From an uncultured Verrucomicrobiae bacterium (GTDB taxonomy: Bacteria; Verrucomicrobiota; Verrucomicrobiia; Limisphaerales; UBA11358): a stretch of DNA of 64,000 bases. The stretch spans positions 108,060-172,059 of the forward strand of contig CAWCRR010000047.1 of assembly GCA_963797825.1 (NCBI GenBank), in the 5' to 3' direction. Position 1 is the stretch's first letter; every line of letters starts with the position of its first letter. A model generated the notes under the pieces. It did not search any database and was not told the origin of the DNA. It saw only the letters and a list, made by a program, of their open reading frames with translations. A program made the translations under genes and the position numbers. Below, one piece after another: positions 1-9,731 of this stretch.

Positions 1-701
1 CCCGGCAGCGGCGGGGCGGACGTTCCCGCGGGCCGGTTTAAATTTACGATTTCCAGCGGCGCATTATTTTCGCCGGCGATCTTTTTGATGACCGCCAGCG
101 CTTCCGGTTCATCCACCGTGGTCACGACTGGCAGCCCCGGCTTGATGATGCCACCCTTTTCAAAGGCAATTTTTCCCAGGGTATCACCCAGCCACTGCTG
201 ATGATCCAGCGCGATGTTGGTGATGATGCCGGCCAGCGGCGTCACGATGTTCGTGGCATCCAACCGTCCGCCCAGCCCGGTCTCCCAGATCACGACTTCG
301 CAATGCTGCTCCGCGAAATAATTCAGGGCCATGACCGTAACCACTTCAAAAAATGTCGGATGATGGCCTTCGGGAAACTGTTTTAGCAGCGGTTGAAGCC
401 CGGAGACGAGCCGCACAACGTCTTCTTCCGGAATCCATTCCCGGTTGACCTGGATGCGTTCGCGAAAGGAGACCAGGTGCGGCGAGGTGAAAAGTCCCGT
501 GCGCAGACCGGCTGCGCGATAGATGCCTTCCAACATCGCGCACGTCGAACCCTTGCCATTTGTGCCGGCGACGTGGATAAAACGAAGTTTCTGCTGTGGG
601 TTGCCCGCGAGCGCGGCGAGCTTGAACGTGTTTTCCAGCCCGAACTTTGCGCCGAACAAACGCAGCCCATAAAGAAACTGGATGGCTTCGGAGTAAGTCA
701 C
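1..701 (-). CDS. folC: Folylpolyglutamate synthase / dihydrofolate synthase, N-terminal ~233 aa; the C-terminus runs off the window start
   Basis: Not in the ORF track because it is open at the window edge. Reverse-strand translation from GTG (701..699) gives VTYSEAIQFLYGLRLFGAKFGLENTFKLAALAGNPQQKLRFIHVAGTNGKGSTCAML...TSPHLVSFRERI...WETGLGGRLDATNI. It carries the Mur-ligase P-loop (GTNGKGS) and the DATN motif, and has no stop down to position 1. Confidence 0.85.
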   Translation of the reverse strand, partial: MTYSEAIQFLYGLRLFGAKFGLENTFKLAALAGNPQQKLRFIHVAGTNGKGSTCAMLEGIYRAAGLRTGLFTSPHLVSFRERIQVNREWIPEEDVVRLVSGLQPLLKQFPEGHHPTFFEVVTVMALNYFAEQHCEVVIWETGLGGRLDATNIVTPLAGIITNIALDHQQWLGDTLGKIAFEKGGIIKPGLPVVTTVDEPEALAVIKKIAGENNAPLEIVNLNRPAGTSAPPLP

Positions 702-1018
702 GATAATGGCATATTTTTAGGATAAATTGCTGCCAGAGAAATATTGGTATTCATGGCATCCAAAAAAAACCGCAAATCACGTTCATAAAAGCCAGAAACA
801 TTTTCTTCCTTGCCGTTCGTTGGCAAGCCGGCTGCGCGAATAGCCGCCAATTTGCCATTCACCTCATGCGCCAGGTTTATGCGCCAGATAGCGAAAACAA
901 TCAACACCAGCACCGCGCAGGCGCACAAAGACCGGAAAATGATTTTGCGGATTTGCTTCACTAATTTGCAGCGCCGTCGGCGCGATATATTTGTAGTTTC
1001 AAATCCTAAACCCCGCAA
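698..1018 (-). CDS. Hypothetical membrane-anchored protein
   Basis: ORF-track ORF with one TM segment (IIFRSLCACAVLVLIVFAIW). Its stop overlaps the folC GTG start by 4 nt. The first 17-19 codons lie inside the left arm of the palindromic repeat 967..1122, so the true start may be the in-frame GTG at 961. Confidence 0.35.
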   Translation of the reverse strand: MRGLGFETTNISRRRRCKLVKQIRKIIFRSLCACAVLVLIVFAIWRINLAHEVNGKLAAIRAAGLPTNGKEENVSGFYERDLRFFLDAMNTNISLAAIYPKNMPLS

Positions 1019-1122
1019 GCTCCGTCAGGAGCGGTATCATCAGCCGGAATATGTCGCTCCTGACGGAGCTTGGAAAATTTTATTTGTTCGGGCTACAAAG
1101 ATTTCGCACCTACGGCGCTGCA
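967..1122. repeat. Palindromic MITE/REP-like element with outer inverted arms and an inner perfect hairpin
   Basis: The outer arms 967..996 and 1093..1122 are reverse complements at 26 of 30 positions. The inner 16-bp perfect stem is agctccgtcaggagcg (1018..1033) / cgctcctgacggagct (1055..1070) with a 21-nt loop. A 25-nt stretch of the left arm (970..994) recurs at 23006..23030 with 23/25 identity. Confidence 0.8.
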
Positions 1123-1150
1123 AAAAGCATTAAACGCATTTTAGATGAGT

Positions 1151-1390
1151 TCACAAAATGAACTCCGCGTGGCAACGGCGTTCCGCTTCCAGCTTTGGCA
1201 TTTTTTTCTTTTGCGGAAATTGGGAGAGCATTTCATCGTTCCAACGCACCGCTTCTTCAAAAGTCATCCGGGAACGGTGCGGCATCATTCCGCTCCAGTC
1301 GGGAAATTCCAAGCCGGGCGACTCGTGCAGGACGCTATCACTCGTTGGCGCAGGCGTGTCGTAGCTTGTCATAGATTTCCGCGTTTCCAT
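1151..1390 (-). CDS. Hypothetical protein (79 aa)
   Basis: ORF track only. It sits between pyrG and the folC-proximal gene on the same strand, and I recognise no motif. Confidence 0.3.
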   Translation of the reverse strand: METRKSMTSYDTPAPTSDSVLHESPGLEFPDWSGMMPHRSRMTFEEAVRWNDEMLSQFPQKKKMPKLEAERRCHAEFIL

Positions 1391-1504
1391 GCTTAAGGAT
1401 TGTCGCTCGAAGTTCCGGTTCGTTCAAGTCAAGTCGGCCAGAAACGCAATGCCATCTTCACAGGCATTCTTCGCAATTTCCCGAATGGGACACCTGGCCA
1501 TAGT

Positions 1505-3163
<1,659 letters not shown>

Positions 3164-3258
3164 TTAACCGCCCAGGCGCCTTGAGGCAATAAAACAAAAC
3201 AAAACGATGACGAAACCGTCAGGCGCCGCAAACGAAATGTTGGCAGTCAAACAGCAAT

Positions 3259-3489
3259 ATGTTAAAAAGAACTATGAAAACGATTCATGCCATTTACGAG
3301 CAAGGCGTCTTTCGCCCGCGCGAAGCTGTCGAATTGCCGGAGCGGACGGAAGTCGAATTTGAGCCGAAAATTGTCGGCAATGGACCGTCAGACACTGGTG
3401 ATATGCGTGGTATCATTGAAGTGATGTCCCATAGCTATCCGACTGGCGACCGCGAACTTTCTGCGCGCCATGACGAGCACCAATGTTAA
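3259..3489 (+). CDS. AF2212/DUF104-family antitoxin-like protein; the likely start is the ATG at 3274
   Basis: MKTIHAIYEQGVFRPREAVELPERTEVEFE is the typical DUF104 antitoxin N-terminus, and the tail ...RELSARHDEHQ is also typical. No toxin gene follows it. Confidence 0.6.
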   Translation: MLKRTMKTIHAIYEQGVFRPREAVELPERTEVEFEPKIVGNGPSDTGDMRGIIEVMSHSYPTGDRELSARHDEHQC

Positions 3490-4397
3490 GTTGTGGTCGC
3501 CAAAAGATAAATCGGCATCAAAGGTAACCGCGCTTTATCTTCATCGTTCAACTTTTCGTAGAATTGTTGCCAAAGCTGAATGAAGCGTGGCAAATCTACA
3601 AGTTCGACATGAACATTGGAATTTCGCGCAGTTGTTTTAGCATCAGGTGTAAAACCGCCGGATGAAATAAAAATTCCAACATCCCCGTCTTTTTGCAGCA
3701 ATCCCATTAATTGGCGAACTTCTTCTACTTTTGCGGAGGATTCACGATGCTTTATTTGAACTTTGATTCGCGGTGAGGACGTGCCTAACGGGTCACGATA
3801 AGCAACAATGTCAACGCCCCCGTCTTTCCCTGCCGGTGCAATGAACGGAGTGAAATAGCCCATGCCTCTCAATAATGCAGCCGCCAGGTCCTGAAATTCA
3901 TAGGGCGTTTTTCGATTTATGTAATTTTCTATTTGTTCGTCAGCTTCTTGCTCAATCTCTTCGGAAGAAATCTCATCTTGTTTTGCCGTGTCATCCGTTG
4001 CGACAGCTTCAGGCCCGGAAATTTCAGGTTGCTTTGGATTGGTTATCCGCCATTCGCGATATTTTTTCCCTACAGTTTCCCACAGAGCGGCCTCGCCGAG
4101 TTTTAGCGCAGAGTCGCCTTCTGGTGTTAAAAACCATACCCCCTTTCTTTTTATTAAAAACCCCGCCTTGGTTAAACCCATTGAACAAAAACCGAACATT
4201 AATTGCCAACGATAACGACCACTTTTTTCATATCGTTGTTTTTCCCAGTCATCTAATTGAACCTTTTTTCCGACTTCCTCAATAACTTGTCTTCCTCGCA
4301 TTTCGCCGCCGTTTTCTTTCAAAACTTTAAGGGCTGCAAAGCCGAGACGCGCCTCGATTACGCGCGTCTTTTCTCTTTGATTATCGTTGTTCGCCAT
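3486..4397 (-). CDS. mrr: Mrr-family restriction endonuclease (Mrr_N winged helix plus Mrr_cat nuclease)
   Basis: N-terminal block ...MRGRQVIEEVGKKVQLDDWEKQRYEKSGRYRWQ...FLIKRKGVWFLTPEG. C-terminal block YEFQDLAAALLRGMGY...GKDGGVDIVAY...IKVQIKHR...GIFISSGGFTPDAK...VELVDL. Confidence 0.85.
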   Translation of the reverse strand: MANNDNQREKTRVIEARLGFAALKVLKENGGEMRGRQVIEEVGKKVQLDDWEKQRYEKSGRYRWQLMFGFCSMGLTKAGFLIKRKGVWFLTPEGDSALKLGEAALWETVGKKYREWRITNPKQPEISGPEAVATDDTAKQDEISSEEIEQEADEQIENYINRKTPYEFQDLAAALLRGMGYFTPFIAPAGKDGGVDIVAYRDPLGTSSPRIKVQIKHRESSAKVEEVRQLMGLLQKDGDVGIFISSGGFTPDAKTTARNSNVHVELVDLPRFIQLWQQFYEKLNDEDKARLPLMPIYLLATTT

Positions 4398-4472
4398 AAT
4401 TATTTATATCAGTGAGCGAATGTTTCCTGGCAATAAAATTTCAATAATCCGTGTCCATCCGTGGTTAATTTT

Positions 4473-4571
4473 TCAACGCCAATTCAAAAAATCATCCGCC
4501 GTGAAATCCGCCTGTTTCAAAATTTGCAGCGTCAGTCCGCGGCCCAAATCATGGCTGGAATGGATCGGAAC
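4473..4571 (-). pseudogene. 3' remnant of a hicA toxin gene (last ~32 codons only)
   Basis: My translation is VPIHSSHDLGRGLTLQILKQADFTADDFLNWR*, which matches the conserved HicA C-terminus (..vPvH..dL..GtL..ILKQAgl...eF). There is no HicA N-terminal half, and the frame differs from hicB, which ends 2 nt upstream. Confidence 0.45.
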
Positions 4572-4573
4572 AG

Positions 4574-4765
4574 CTAGGAAATTGGGTCGCCATGAGCAAT
4601 CAGGCTTTCCAAATGCAAGGCAATCGCTTCGCGCATATTTTTTTTGGCCTCTGCTACTGAACCGCCATTGGAAAAACAACCGGGCAAATCGGGACAATAA
4701 ACCGAGTAACCCGCCTTGGGGTCTGCCTCGCGCTCAATCACGATTTCGTAAGTCTGCTTTTTCAT
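4574..4765 (-). CDS. hicB: HicB-family (UPF0150) antitoxin
   Basis: MKKQTYEIVIEREADPKAGYSVYCPDLPGCFSNGGSVAEAKKNMREAIALHLESLIAHGDPI contains the canonical PDLPGC...G.s..EA..n..EAI block. Confidence 0.7.
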   Translation of the reverse strand: MKKQTYEIVIEREADPKAGYSVYCPDLPGCFSNGGSVAEAKKNMREAIALHLESLIAHGDPIS

Positions 4766-4778
4766 TTGGCTTGCGGAG

Positions 4779-4964
4779 TCATTCTAGGCCGTAGCGTTTT
4801 TTTACTTCATTATGGGTGAGGCGCGGTTTGCCTTCGTCGCGCACGCGGGCTTCGGTCACGTCCAGATAATCGTTCAAATCTTCCAGTTCCTCGCGCAGCG
4901 TGGCAATTTGTTTCCGCTTGTGAGAAATGTCGCGGACGACGGTTTGTTGAATGGCTTTAGTCAT
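4779..4964 (-). CDS. Putative antitoxin partner of the upstream RelE/ParE toxin (61 aa from the ATG at 4964)
   Basis: Small ORF overlapping the toxin stop by 8 nt. The acidic/coiled segment LREELEDLNDYLDVTEARVRDEGKPRLTHNEVKKRYGL resembles the C-termini of small antitoxins. The family is not identified. Confidence 0.4.
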   Translation of the reverse strand: MTKAIQQTVVRDISHKRKQIATLREELEDLNDYLDVTEARVRDEGKPRLTHNEVKKRYGLE

Positions 4965-5214
4965 ATACGTCTTTTCGATTACCAATCTTGCGAATGACTA
5001 TAACATCGCCTTCCACGTCAAACAAGATGCGATAGTCGCCCATGCGGAGGCGATACATGGCCTCGGCCTCGCGCAAGTGTTTGATGTTACTGTGCAAACC
5101 GGATTGAAGGCGTTCAATCTTGCGGATAATTTGCGCCCTTTCACGGGCAGGTAATCCGTCAAGGTCATCCAAGGCAGAAGCACCGTATTCGATTTGAAAA
5201 CGATGACCATTCAT
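4957..5214 (-). CDS. RelE/ParE-family type II toxin
   Basis: 85 aa. ...LPARERAQIIRKIERL...IKHLREAEAMYRLRMGDYRILFDVEGDVIVIRKIGNRKDVY is the typical RelE/StbE C-terminal signature. Confidence 0.75.
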   Translation of the reverse strand: MNGHRFQIEYGASALDDLDGLPARERAQIIRKIERLQSGLHSNIKHLREAEAMYRLRMGDYRILFDVEGDVIVIRKIGNRKDVYD

Positions 5215-5252
5215 CGCGTGTTAACCGGGTTCAATCTGAGTTTCATCCGTCT

Positions 5253-5993
5253 CTAATCTTTCTTCAAAAACCGTTCCACCCATTCCACGTCGTCCGGGCT
5301 GTCCACGCCCACGCTGTCGTACTCCACCTTCACGACCGCGATCGGGATGCCGATCTCCAACGCCCGCAACTGCTCCAGCTTCTCCGCGTTTTCGAGCGCG
5401 GACACCGGAAATTTCACCAGCCGCAACAGCGTCTCGCGCCGGTACCCGTAGATGCCGAGATGCTTCAAAAAAGCAAACGCCGCCAACTGTTCGGCGGTCG
5501 AACCATTGGCGGCCTCGCGCAGATACGGGATCGTGCGCCTCGAAAAATATAACGCCCGGCCCGCCGCGTTGACAACTACTTTCACCACGTTCGGATTGTC
5601 CAATTCGGCCGGATTCTTTATGCGCGTCGCCGCCGTGGACATCTCGCACCCTTCCAATGCCTTCGCCACCGCGTCGATCACCCCCGGTTCGATCATCGGC
5701 TCATCCCCCTGGATGTTCACAATGCCATCGCACGAAATCTTCTCCGCCACTTCCGCAATCCGGTCCGAACCGCTCGGGTGCCTCGGCGAAGTCAGCTCCA
5801 CCCGGCAGAATTTTTTTGCGACATTGGAGATCCGTTCATCGTCTGTGGCCACGATGATTTCCGCCAGCGTCGGGGCCTTTTGGCATTGCTCGACCACGCG
5901 TTGGATCAGCGGTTTGCCCGCGATGAGCGAGAGCGGTTTGCCGGGGAAGCGGGTGGATGCATAACGCGCGGGGATGATGCCAACGATTTTCAC
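5253..5993 (-). CDS. kdsB: 3-deoxy-manno-octulosonate cytidylyltransferase (CMP-KDO synthetase)
   Basis: MKIVGIIPARYASTRFPGKPLSLIAGKPLIQRV...NIQGDEP...GIYGYR; full length at 246 aa. Confidence 0.95.
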   Translation of the reverse strand: MKIVGIIPARYASTRFPGKPLSLIAGKPLIQRVVEQCQKAPTLAEIIVATDDERISNVAKKFCRVELTSPRHPSGSDRIAEVAEKISCDGIVNIQGDEPMIEPGVIDAVAKALEGCEMSTAATRIKNPAELDNPNVVKVVVNAAGRALYFSRRTIPYLREAANGSTAEQLAAFAFLKHLGIYGYRRETLLRLVKFPVSALENAEKLEQLRALEIGIPIAVVKVEYDSVGVDSPDDVEWVERFLKKD

Positions 5994-6356
5994 ACGGACA
6001 TCTTAGCTGAAATTGGGGGATGAAAGAAACCCGATTTTACGGGCGAAATACCTTCGGCGCCTGATGCCAGGGAGTTGCTTCTAGTGCATCTCGCCGCGCA
6101 ACGTCATATATGCAAAAACCGCTGCCACCCCAAGTGGTAGAGCGAATAATAAGCTATCCATGTCCTCAAAGTAGAGTATTTTTTGTCAAATGCAACAATT
6201 ATGTTACGAACAGGTTACAAATTCGTAACACAAATGACAAAAATGAGATTGTTAATGACCATAACATCCTAGTAATAGGCTATTTGAGAAGAAATAATCA
6301 ATAAAAACAAATTCCCTAATGATGCATGGACAATCCTATGACAGCCTTGAATCTGA

Positions 6357-6391
6357 ACTAAAAAAATGCTCCGGTCACCCATGACCGGAGC
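6357..6391 (-). terminator. Rho-independent terminator of the small KGG gene
   Basis: Perfect 10-bp stem gctccggtca / tgaccggagc (6368..6391) with a 4-nt loop. On the minus strand it is followed by attttttt and lies 22 nt after the stop of 6413..6544. Confidence 0.6.
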
Positions 6392-6412
6392 TTGATTCGT
6401 CTCAGCCGTCGT

Positions 6413-6544
6413 TTAACGGATGCGGCGTGAACGGCCTCCCTTGGACGCGATGTTCCGGCGCTGTTCCGGACTCAAGGCGCCAAACCCTCGCCGATTGCTG
6501 CTGCGACTGCGACTTATCATGTTTAGCTTTTTAGTTGTTGGCAT
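6413..6544 (-). CDS. Small KGG-motif general stress protein (43 aa)
   Basis: Below the ORF-track size cut-off. My translation is MPTTKKLNMISRSRSSNRRGFGALSPEQRRNIASKGGRSRRIR*. GFgA(l/m)sPEqrR.IASKGG is the KGG stress-protein motif. An aaaggaag Shine-Dalgarno lies 3 nt before the ATG, and the gene has its own terminator. Confidence 0.55.
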   Translation of the reverse strand: MPTTKKLNMISRSRSSNRRGFGALSPEQRRNIASKGGRSRRIR

Positions 6545-6838
6545 AACTTCCTTTTTTTCGTTTCCCCACTGTGTTTCAGCTTTCATTTAGCTAGGGACAT
6601 GCCAATAAGGAACTTGCGCGGAAATCCCCTTCGTCCGTTGCACAATTTAGAATTATTTGCACAATGCTGTAAGATTATCCCTAAATTCATTTCATTATCA
6701 CGCTCTTGGCATGGTTTGCGGTTTGTCCACGTCATACCCGCGTGGCGCCGACAATGTGATATGCAAACAATTGCATCGGCACCGCCCCCAGGAAACGCCG
6801 CGCCGACCGCGATCAAGTTGATGCATGATGCCGCAGTG

Positions 6839-9688
6839 TTATGGCGTTGAGATCCGATAATATCTCTGCTGAGATAATGTGTTGGTGTCGGTGAACTGCC
6901 ATGCGCCGCTGGGGGACGTGACGAAGTTTGTGAATATGGGCGTCCAATCTGTCGGCACTGCAAGGTTGGTCGTGGCCCATAGTCGTGACGTAACGTTGGT
7001 CAGGCCCTGGAAATCCAATGTCACGGTCCCGTTGGCTGACAGAGCGATGCTGGAAACTAGCGGTCCACCCCAAAGCGTCAACGATGCCACGGCGCTGGTG
7101 GCGCTACCCCAAGCATTGCTGACGATGACCGAATAATTGGCCGCGTCCCCGGCGGTAAACCCAGGAATGACCAGCGCGCAGTTGGTTGCCGCGACAATGG
7201 GAATGTTATTGGAAAGCCATTGGAAGGAATAAGGCGCCGTGCCAAAAAGCGTGACTGATAGAGTGACCCCCGCGCCCGTGGCTACGGACTCGCTTGCCGG
7301 CTGCAGAATGATTTCAGGCGGCAGGTCAAGGCGATAGAGTTCGCCAATTCCATCCGCGCCGCCATAAGAAGTCGTGCCGTAGAAATTGCCATCCGGTCCC
7401 AGGACTAAATTCCCTTTGGGATTTTCTCCGTTGGTGCCTGCAAAACTGGCCAAGGTGGCGAACGCGCCATTGGACGTCACCTCAAACACCGTGCCCCAGG
7501 GATTGCTGCCGCCTTCATAAGGCTCGATGCCATAAGTCGTGCCGTAGAAATTGCCGTCCGGCCCCAGAATCAAGGCCCCGTCAGGAGAACCGCTATCATT
7601 GCCGCCCGTGAAAGTGTAAAGGTTGGTCAACGCGCCATTGGGCGTTATCTCGAACACATTGCCGTATGTATTGCCGCCGTCTCCAGAGGTTGTGCCGTAG
7701 AAATTGCCGTTTGGCCCCAACGTCAAAGCGTAAGGATCCGCCCCATCGCTGCCGTCGGTAAAGGAATGGAGGGTCGTGAACCCGCCGGTATTCGTTTCTT
7801 CAAACACTGTGCCATAATATTTGGCGCCGCCACTGACGGTTGTGCCGTAGAAATTACCATTTGTCCCCAGCGCCAATCCCGCATAAGGATTTGCTCCATC
7901 ATTGCCGCCGGTAAAAGAGTAGAGCATGGTCAATACGCCGTTGGTTGTAACCTCAAACACCGTGCCCAAATCGTCGGTGCCGCCATTGGCTGTGGTGCCA
8001 TAGAAATTGCCGTTTGTCCCCAGGGTCAAGCTCGCTGCTGGATTTGCCCCGTTGGTGCTGGCGAAGCTGGCCAGCGTGGTCAAAACGCCGTTGGTGGTCA
8101 TCTCAAACACCGTGCCAAAACCCTTGATGCCGCCGGAATAGGTCGTGCCGTAGAAATTGCCATTTGTCCCCAAGGTCAAGTTTGCCTCTGGATTCGCCCC
8201 GTTGGTGCCGGCAAAGTTGACCAGCGTGGTAAAAACGCCGTTGGTGGTTTCCTCAAACGTTGTGCCATAACCATCCGGGCCCACATCAACCCAAAGACCA
8301 TTCGTGCCGCCTTGGTAGGTCGTGCCGTAAAAATTGCCGTTTGATCCCAGGGTCAAGCCCGCATAGGGGCTGGCGCCGTTGCCATTGGCAAAGCTGAACA
8401 GTATCGTCAACGTGCCGTTGGTCGTCACTTCAAATATTGTGCCGTTGCCGCTGCTGCCGCCTTCCCCTGTCGTGCCGTAAAAATTGCCGTTTGCCCCCAG
8501 GGCCAGCGTCCCCCCCGGATTCGATCCATTGGCGTTTGTAAACGTGAGTAAATGCGTAAACGTGCCGCCGATTGTCACTTCAAACAGCGTGCCGATACCG
8601 CTGCTGCCGCCTCCGGAAGTCGTGCCGTAGAAATTGCCATTCGGTCCCTGCGCCAAGCCCGCGTAAGGAAAAGCCCCATCGGAGTTGGTGTAAGTGTCCC
8701 TTTCGCCAATCAAAATGGAACGGCCTGCGGTAAACGTATAGAGCGTGGTCAACATGCCGTTGGGTGTCACCTTAAACAACGTGCCGCTGCCGGATTTACC
8801 GCCCCCACGTGTCGTCCCATAGAAATTGCCGTCAGCACCCAGCGTCAAGGCCGCCGTGGGATTCGCCCCGTCAAAGTTCGTGTCAGGTTCACCGATGCCG
8901 CTGTCATTGTAGTTTTCTGCGCTGAACGTATAAAAGTTGGTCCATGCGCCATTCGTGGTCACCTCAAACAGCGTGCCACTGTCGCCGCTGCCACCCATAG
9001 AAGTCGCTCCGTAGAAATTCCCGTTTGTTCCCAGGGTCAAGCCCGCGTACGGAGCCTCCCCATCCGTGTTGGTGTATTCCCCATTAACACTATCGTAATT
9101 GCCTGCCGTGAACGAATGGACCGTGGTCAAAACGCCATTGGTCGTCACCATGAATACCGTGCCGTCGCCACCGCTACCGCCTCCATAGGTCGTGCCGTAG
9201 AAATTGTCGTCAGGCCCCAGCGTCAAGCCCGCCTCTGGATTCGCCCCGTTGGTGCCGGCAAACGTGACCAGCGTCGTCAAGATGCCGTTGGTCGTTACCT
9301 TAAACACCGTGCCATTGCCACCAGTGCCGCCTTTCCACGTCGTGCCGTAGAAATTGCCGTCTGAGCCCAGCGCCAGGGCGGCCTGAGGCTGCGCACCGTC
9401 AGAGTTGGTCAAAAAGGTGCCGGCAACTGCCGTTGGCGGGCTGAACGAATACAGCCTGGTCATCACGCCATTGGTACTGACCTTAAATACCGCGCCATCA
9501 CCGCCGGTGCCACCAGCCCAAGTCGTGCTGTAGAAATTACCGTCCTGTCCTTCCACTAGAGCAGCATAAGGAATGGCCGGGCTCTCTGGAAATGAATAAA
9601 TCGGAACAATGCTTTGCCCCGCCACACGAGCCGTCAACCAGGCGAAGGCGAGGAATGTTAGACTCGCGTAGCGCAATTTCCATTTCAT
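6839..9688 (-). CDS. Secreted choice-of-anchor GloVer (Gloeo_Verruco) tandem-repeat protein with a C-terminal Ig-like domain and FYR-type terminal module
   Basis: 949 aa with a signal peptide (MKWKLRYASLTFLAFAWLTARVAG). About 19 repeats follow the pattern ..G.NP.AgLtLG.nGNFYGTT..GG..g.GTvFevTtNG.lTtL.sF. An Ig-like block follows (LQPASESVATGAGVTLSVTLFGTAPYSFQW...ANYSVIVSN). The protein ends ...WQFTDTNTLSQQRYYRISTP. Confidence 0.8.
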   Translation of the reverse strand: MKWKLRYASLTFLAFAWLTARVAGQSIVPIYSFPESPAIPYAALVEGQDGNFYSTTWAGGTGGDGAVFKVSTNGVMTRLYSFSPPTAVAGTFLTNSDGAQPQAALALGSDGNFYGTTWKGGTGGNGTVFKVTTNGILTTLVTFAGTNGANPEAGLTLGPDDNFYGTTYGGGSGGDGTVFMVTTNGVLTTVHSFTAGNYDSVNGEYTNTDGEAPYAGLTLGTNGNFYGATSMGGSGDSGTLFEVTTNGAWTNFYTFSAENYNDSGIGEPDTNFDGANPTAALTLGADGNFYGTTRGGGKSGSGTLFKVTPNGMLTTLYTFTAGRSILIGERDTYTNSDGAFPYAGLAQGPNGNFYGTTSGGGSSGIGTLFEVTIGGTFTHLLTFTNANGSNPGGTLALGANGNFYGTTGEGGSSGNGTIFEVTTNGTLTILFSFANGNGASPYAGLTLGSNGNFYGTTYQGGTNGLWVDVGPDGYGTTFEETTNGVFTTLVNFAGTNGANPEANLTLGTNGNFYGTTYSGGIKGFGTVFEMTTNGVLTTLASFASTNGANPAASLTLGTNGNFYGTTANGGTDDLGTVFEVTTNGVLTMLYSFTGGNDGANPYAGLALGTNGNFYGTTVSGGAKYYGTVFEETNTGGFTTLHSFTDGSDGADPYALTLGPNGNFYGTTSGDGGNTYGNVFEITPNGALTNLYTFTGGNDSGSPDGALILGPDGNFYGTTYGIEPYEGGSNPWGTVFEVTSNGAFATLASFAGTNGENPKGNLVLGPDGNFYGTTSYGGADGIGELYRLDLPPEIILQPASESVATGAGVTLSVTLFGTAPYSFQWLSNNIPIVAATNCALVIPGFTAGDAANYSVIVSNAWGSATSAVASLTLWGGPLVSSIALSANGTVTLDFQGLTNVTSRLWATTNLAVPTDWTPIFTNFVTSPSGAWQFTDTNTLSQQRYYRISTP

Positions 9689-9731
9689 AACGAACAGGAT
9701 TTTTTGATTTGAGCTTGAAAATAATAGCTAA

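Noticed and set aside
6110-6304. 64-aa ORF in the AT-rich patch
   Set aside because: It has odd composition, no Shine-Dalgarno and no motif. More likely it is a chance ORF in AT-rich DNA.
7766-9364. Plus-strand ORFs 7766..8344 and 8552..9364 inside the GloVer-repeat gene
   Set aside because: They are antisense images of the tandem repeats (periodic RAVEIAV... strings). The minus-strand protein has a signal peptide and coherent repeat architecture.
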